Of a stretch of 64,000 nt of DNA, positions 63,670 through 64,000 are shown piece after piece. Source of the stretch: Planctomycetota bacterium. GTDB taxonomy: Bacteria > Planctomycetota > Planctomycetia > Gemmatales > Gemmataceae. Both the position numbers and the translations under genes were made by a program. Below the pieces are notes generated by a model. The model was given only the letters and a program-made list of their open reading frames with translations. It did no database searches and was not told the origin of the DNA. The stretch spans positions 3,066 to 67,065 of the forward strand of contig JAJPHU010000126.1 in the NCBI GenBank assembly GCA_021325115.1. Direction: 5' to 3'. Positions within the stretch are counted from its first letter, which is position 1; every line of letters starts with the position of its first letter.

Positions 63670-64000
63670 CGGCACGAGCGAAGGTCCGCTCCTGACCCGT
63701 GCTCTGCTGGACGCCGGTTTTCGGGTCCGTGCCACTGTCACGCGCCTGGAAGCCAGGAACAATTTGTTCGGCTCTTTGCTGGATGCGATTGAGGTGGAAG
63801 TCTGCGGCTTCACGGAACAGAGTCTGATAGAATACCTTGCCCGCGGGGAAATCGCTCTCGTGTTGGATGCTACACACCCCTTCGCCGTGCGGATCACGCG
63901 CATCGCTCAGAGTGTTTGTAAGCGTATGCAGATACCTTATGTTCGCTATGAACGCCCCGATTGGGCGCCTCCCGCTGGCACCTATTTTGCTGAATCGTAC
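63644..64000 (+). CDS. cobK: precorrin-6A/cobalt-precorrin-6A reductase (5' part, runs off the window)
   Basis: MKGTILLLSGTSEGPLLTRALLDAGFRV.ATV.........LV.DATHPFA..I. The open frame continues to the window end and overlaps the previous gene by 26 nt. Confidence 0.8.
   Translation, partial: MKGTILLLSGTSEGPLLTRALLDAGFRVRATVTRLEARNNLFGSLLDAIEVEVCGFTEQSLIEYLARGEIALVLDATHPFAVRITRIAQSVCKRMQIPYVRYERPDWAPPAGTYFAESY

Overview
This is a GC-rich bacterial chromosomal segment (roughly 60% GC by eye). Its marker families point to Planctomycetota: a DUF1559 prepilin-like protein, a TIGR03000 Cys/Gly/Tyr-rich secreted protein, a DUF1800 remnant, an oversized RND pump and a Tat-signal Gfo/Idh/MocA oxidoreductase.

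Gene content, left to right:
- Clp_N-ThiE fusion, DedA, a sugar-phosphate isomerase, an intron-containing tRNA-Leu(UAA), and aspS.
- A nitrogen block on the minus strand: aldehyde dehydrogenase and class-III aminotransferase, then amt-glnK-glnN (type III glutamine synthetase).
- thiO, a TPR protein with a small MshEN-like protein, an oxidoreductase, and a trans-sulfuration enzyme.
- A XylR-type regulator divergent from two secreted proteins, a beta-propeller-like protein and a GH140-like hydrolase.
- A 972-aa polytopic membrane protein, and an RND pump with its adaptor divergent from a histidine kinase.
- greA, rpsO, pnp and a second kinase.
- A cobalamin riboswitch followed by a ~19 kb, tightly translationally coupled B12 biosynthesis operon that runs off the window end. 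Several junctions in it are ATGA stop/start overlaps.

Most noteworthy observations:
1. tRNA-Leu(UAA) is split at U34/A35 by a 220-nt group I (IC3-like) intron.
2. The B12 operon has unusual architecture: two unannotated ~42-aa membrane ORFs sit behind the riboswitch, and CobN carries a Cys-rich N-terminal domain and an in-frame palindromic-repeat insertion. Both CobN/ChlID and CbiX(long) chelatases are present, and there are several gene fusions.
3. Several families of long GC-rich inverted repeats and MITE-like elements sit at gene ends. One of them supplies the C-terminus of a kinase.

I saw no rRNA, CRISPR array, intact transposase, prophage or recognisable defence island. All calls come from reading the sequence and from memory of protein and RNA families. 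RNA element boundaries are approximate (+/- ~5 nt).
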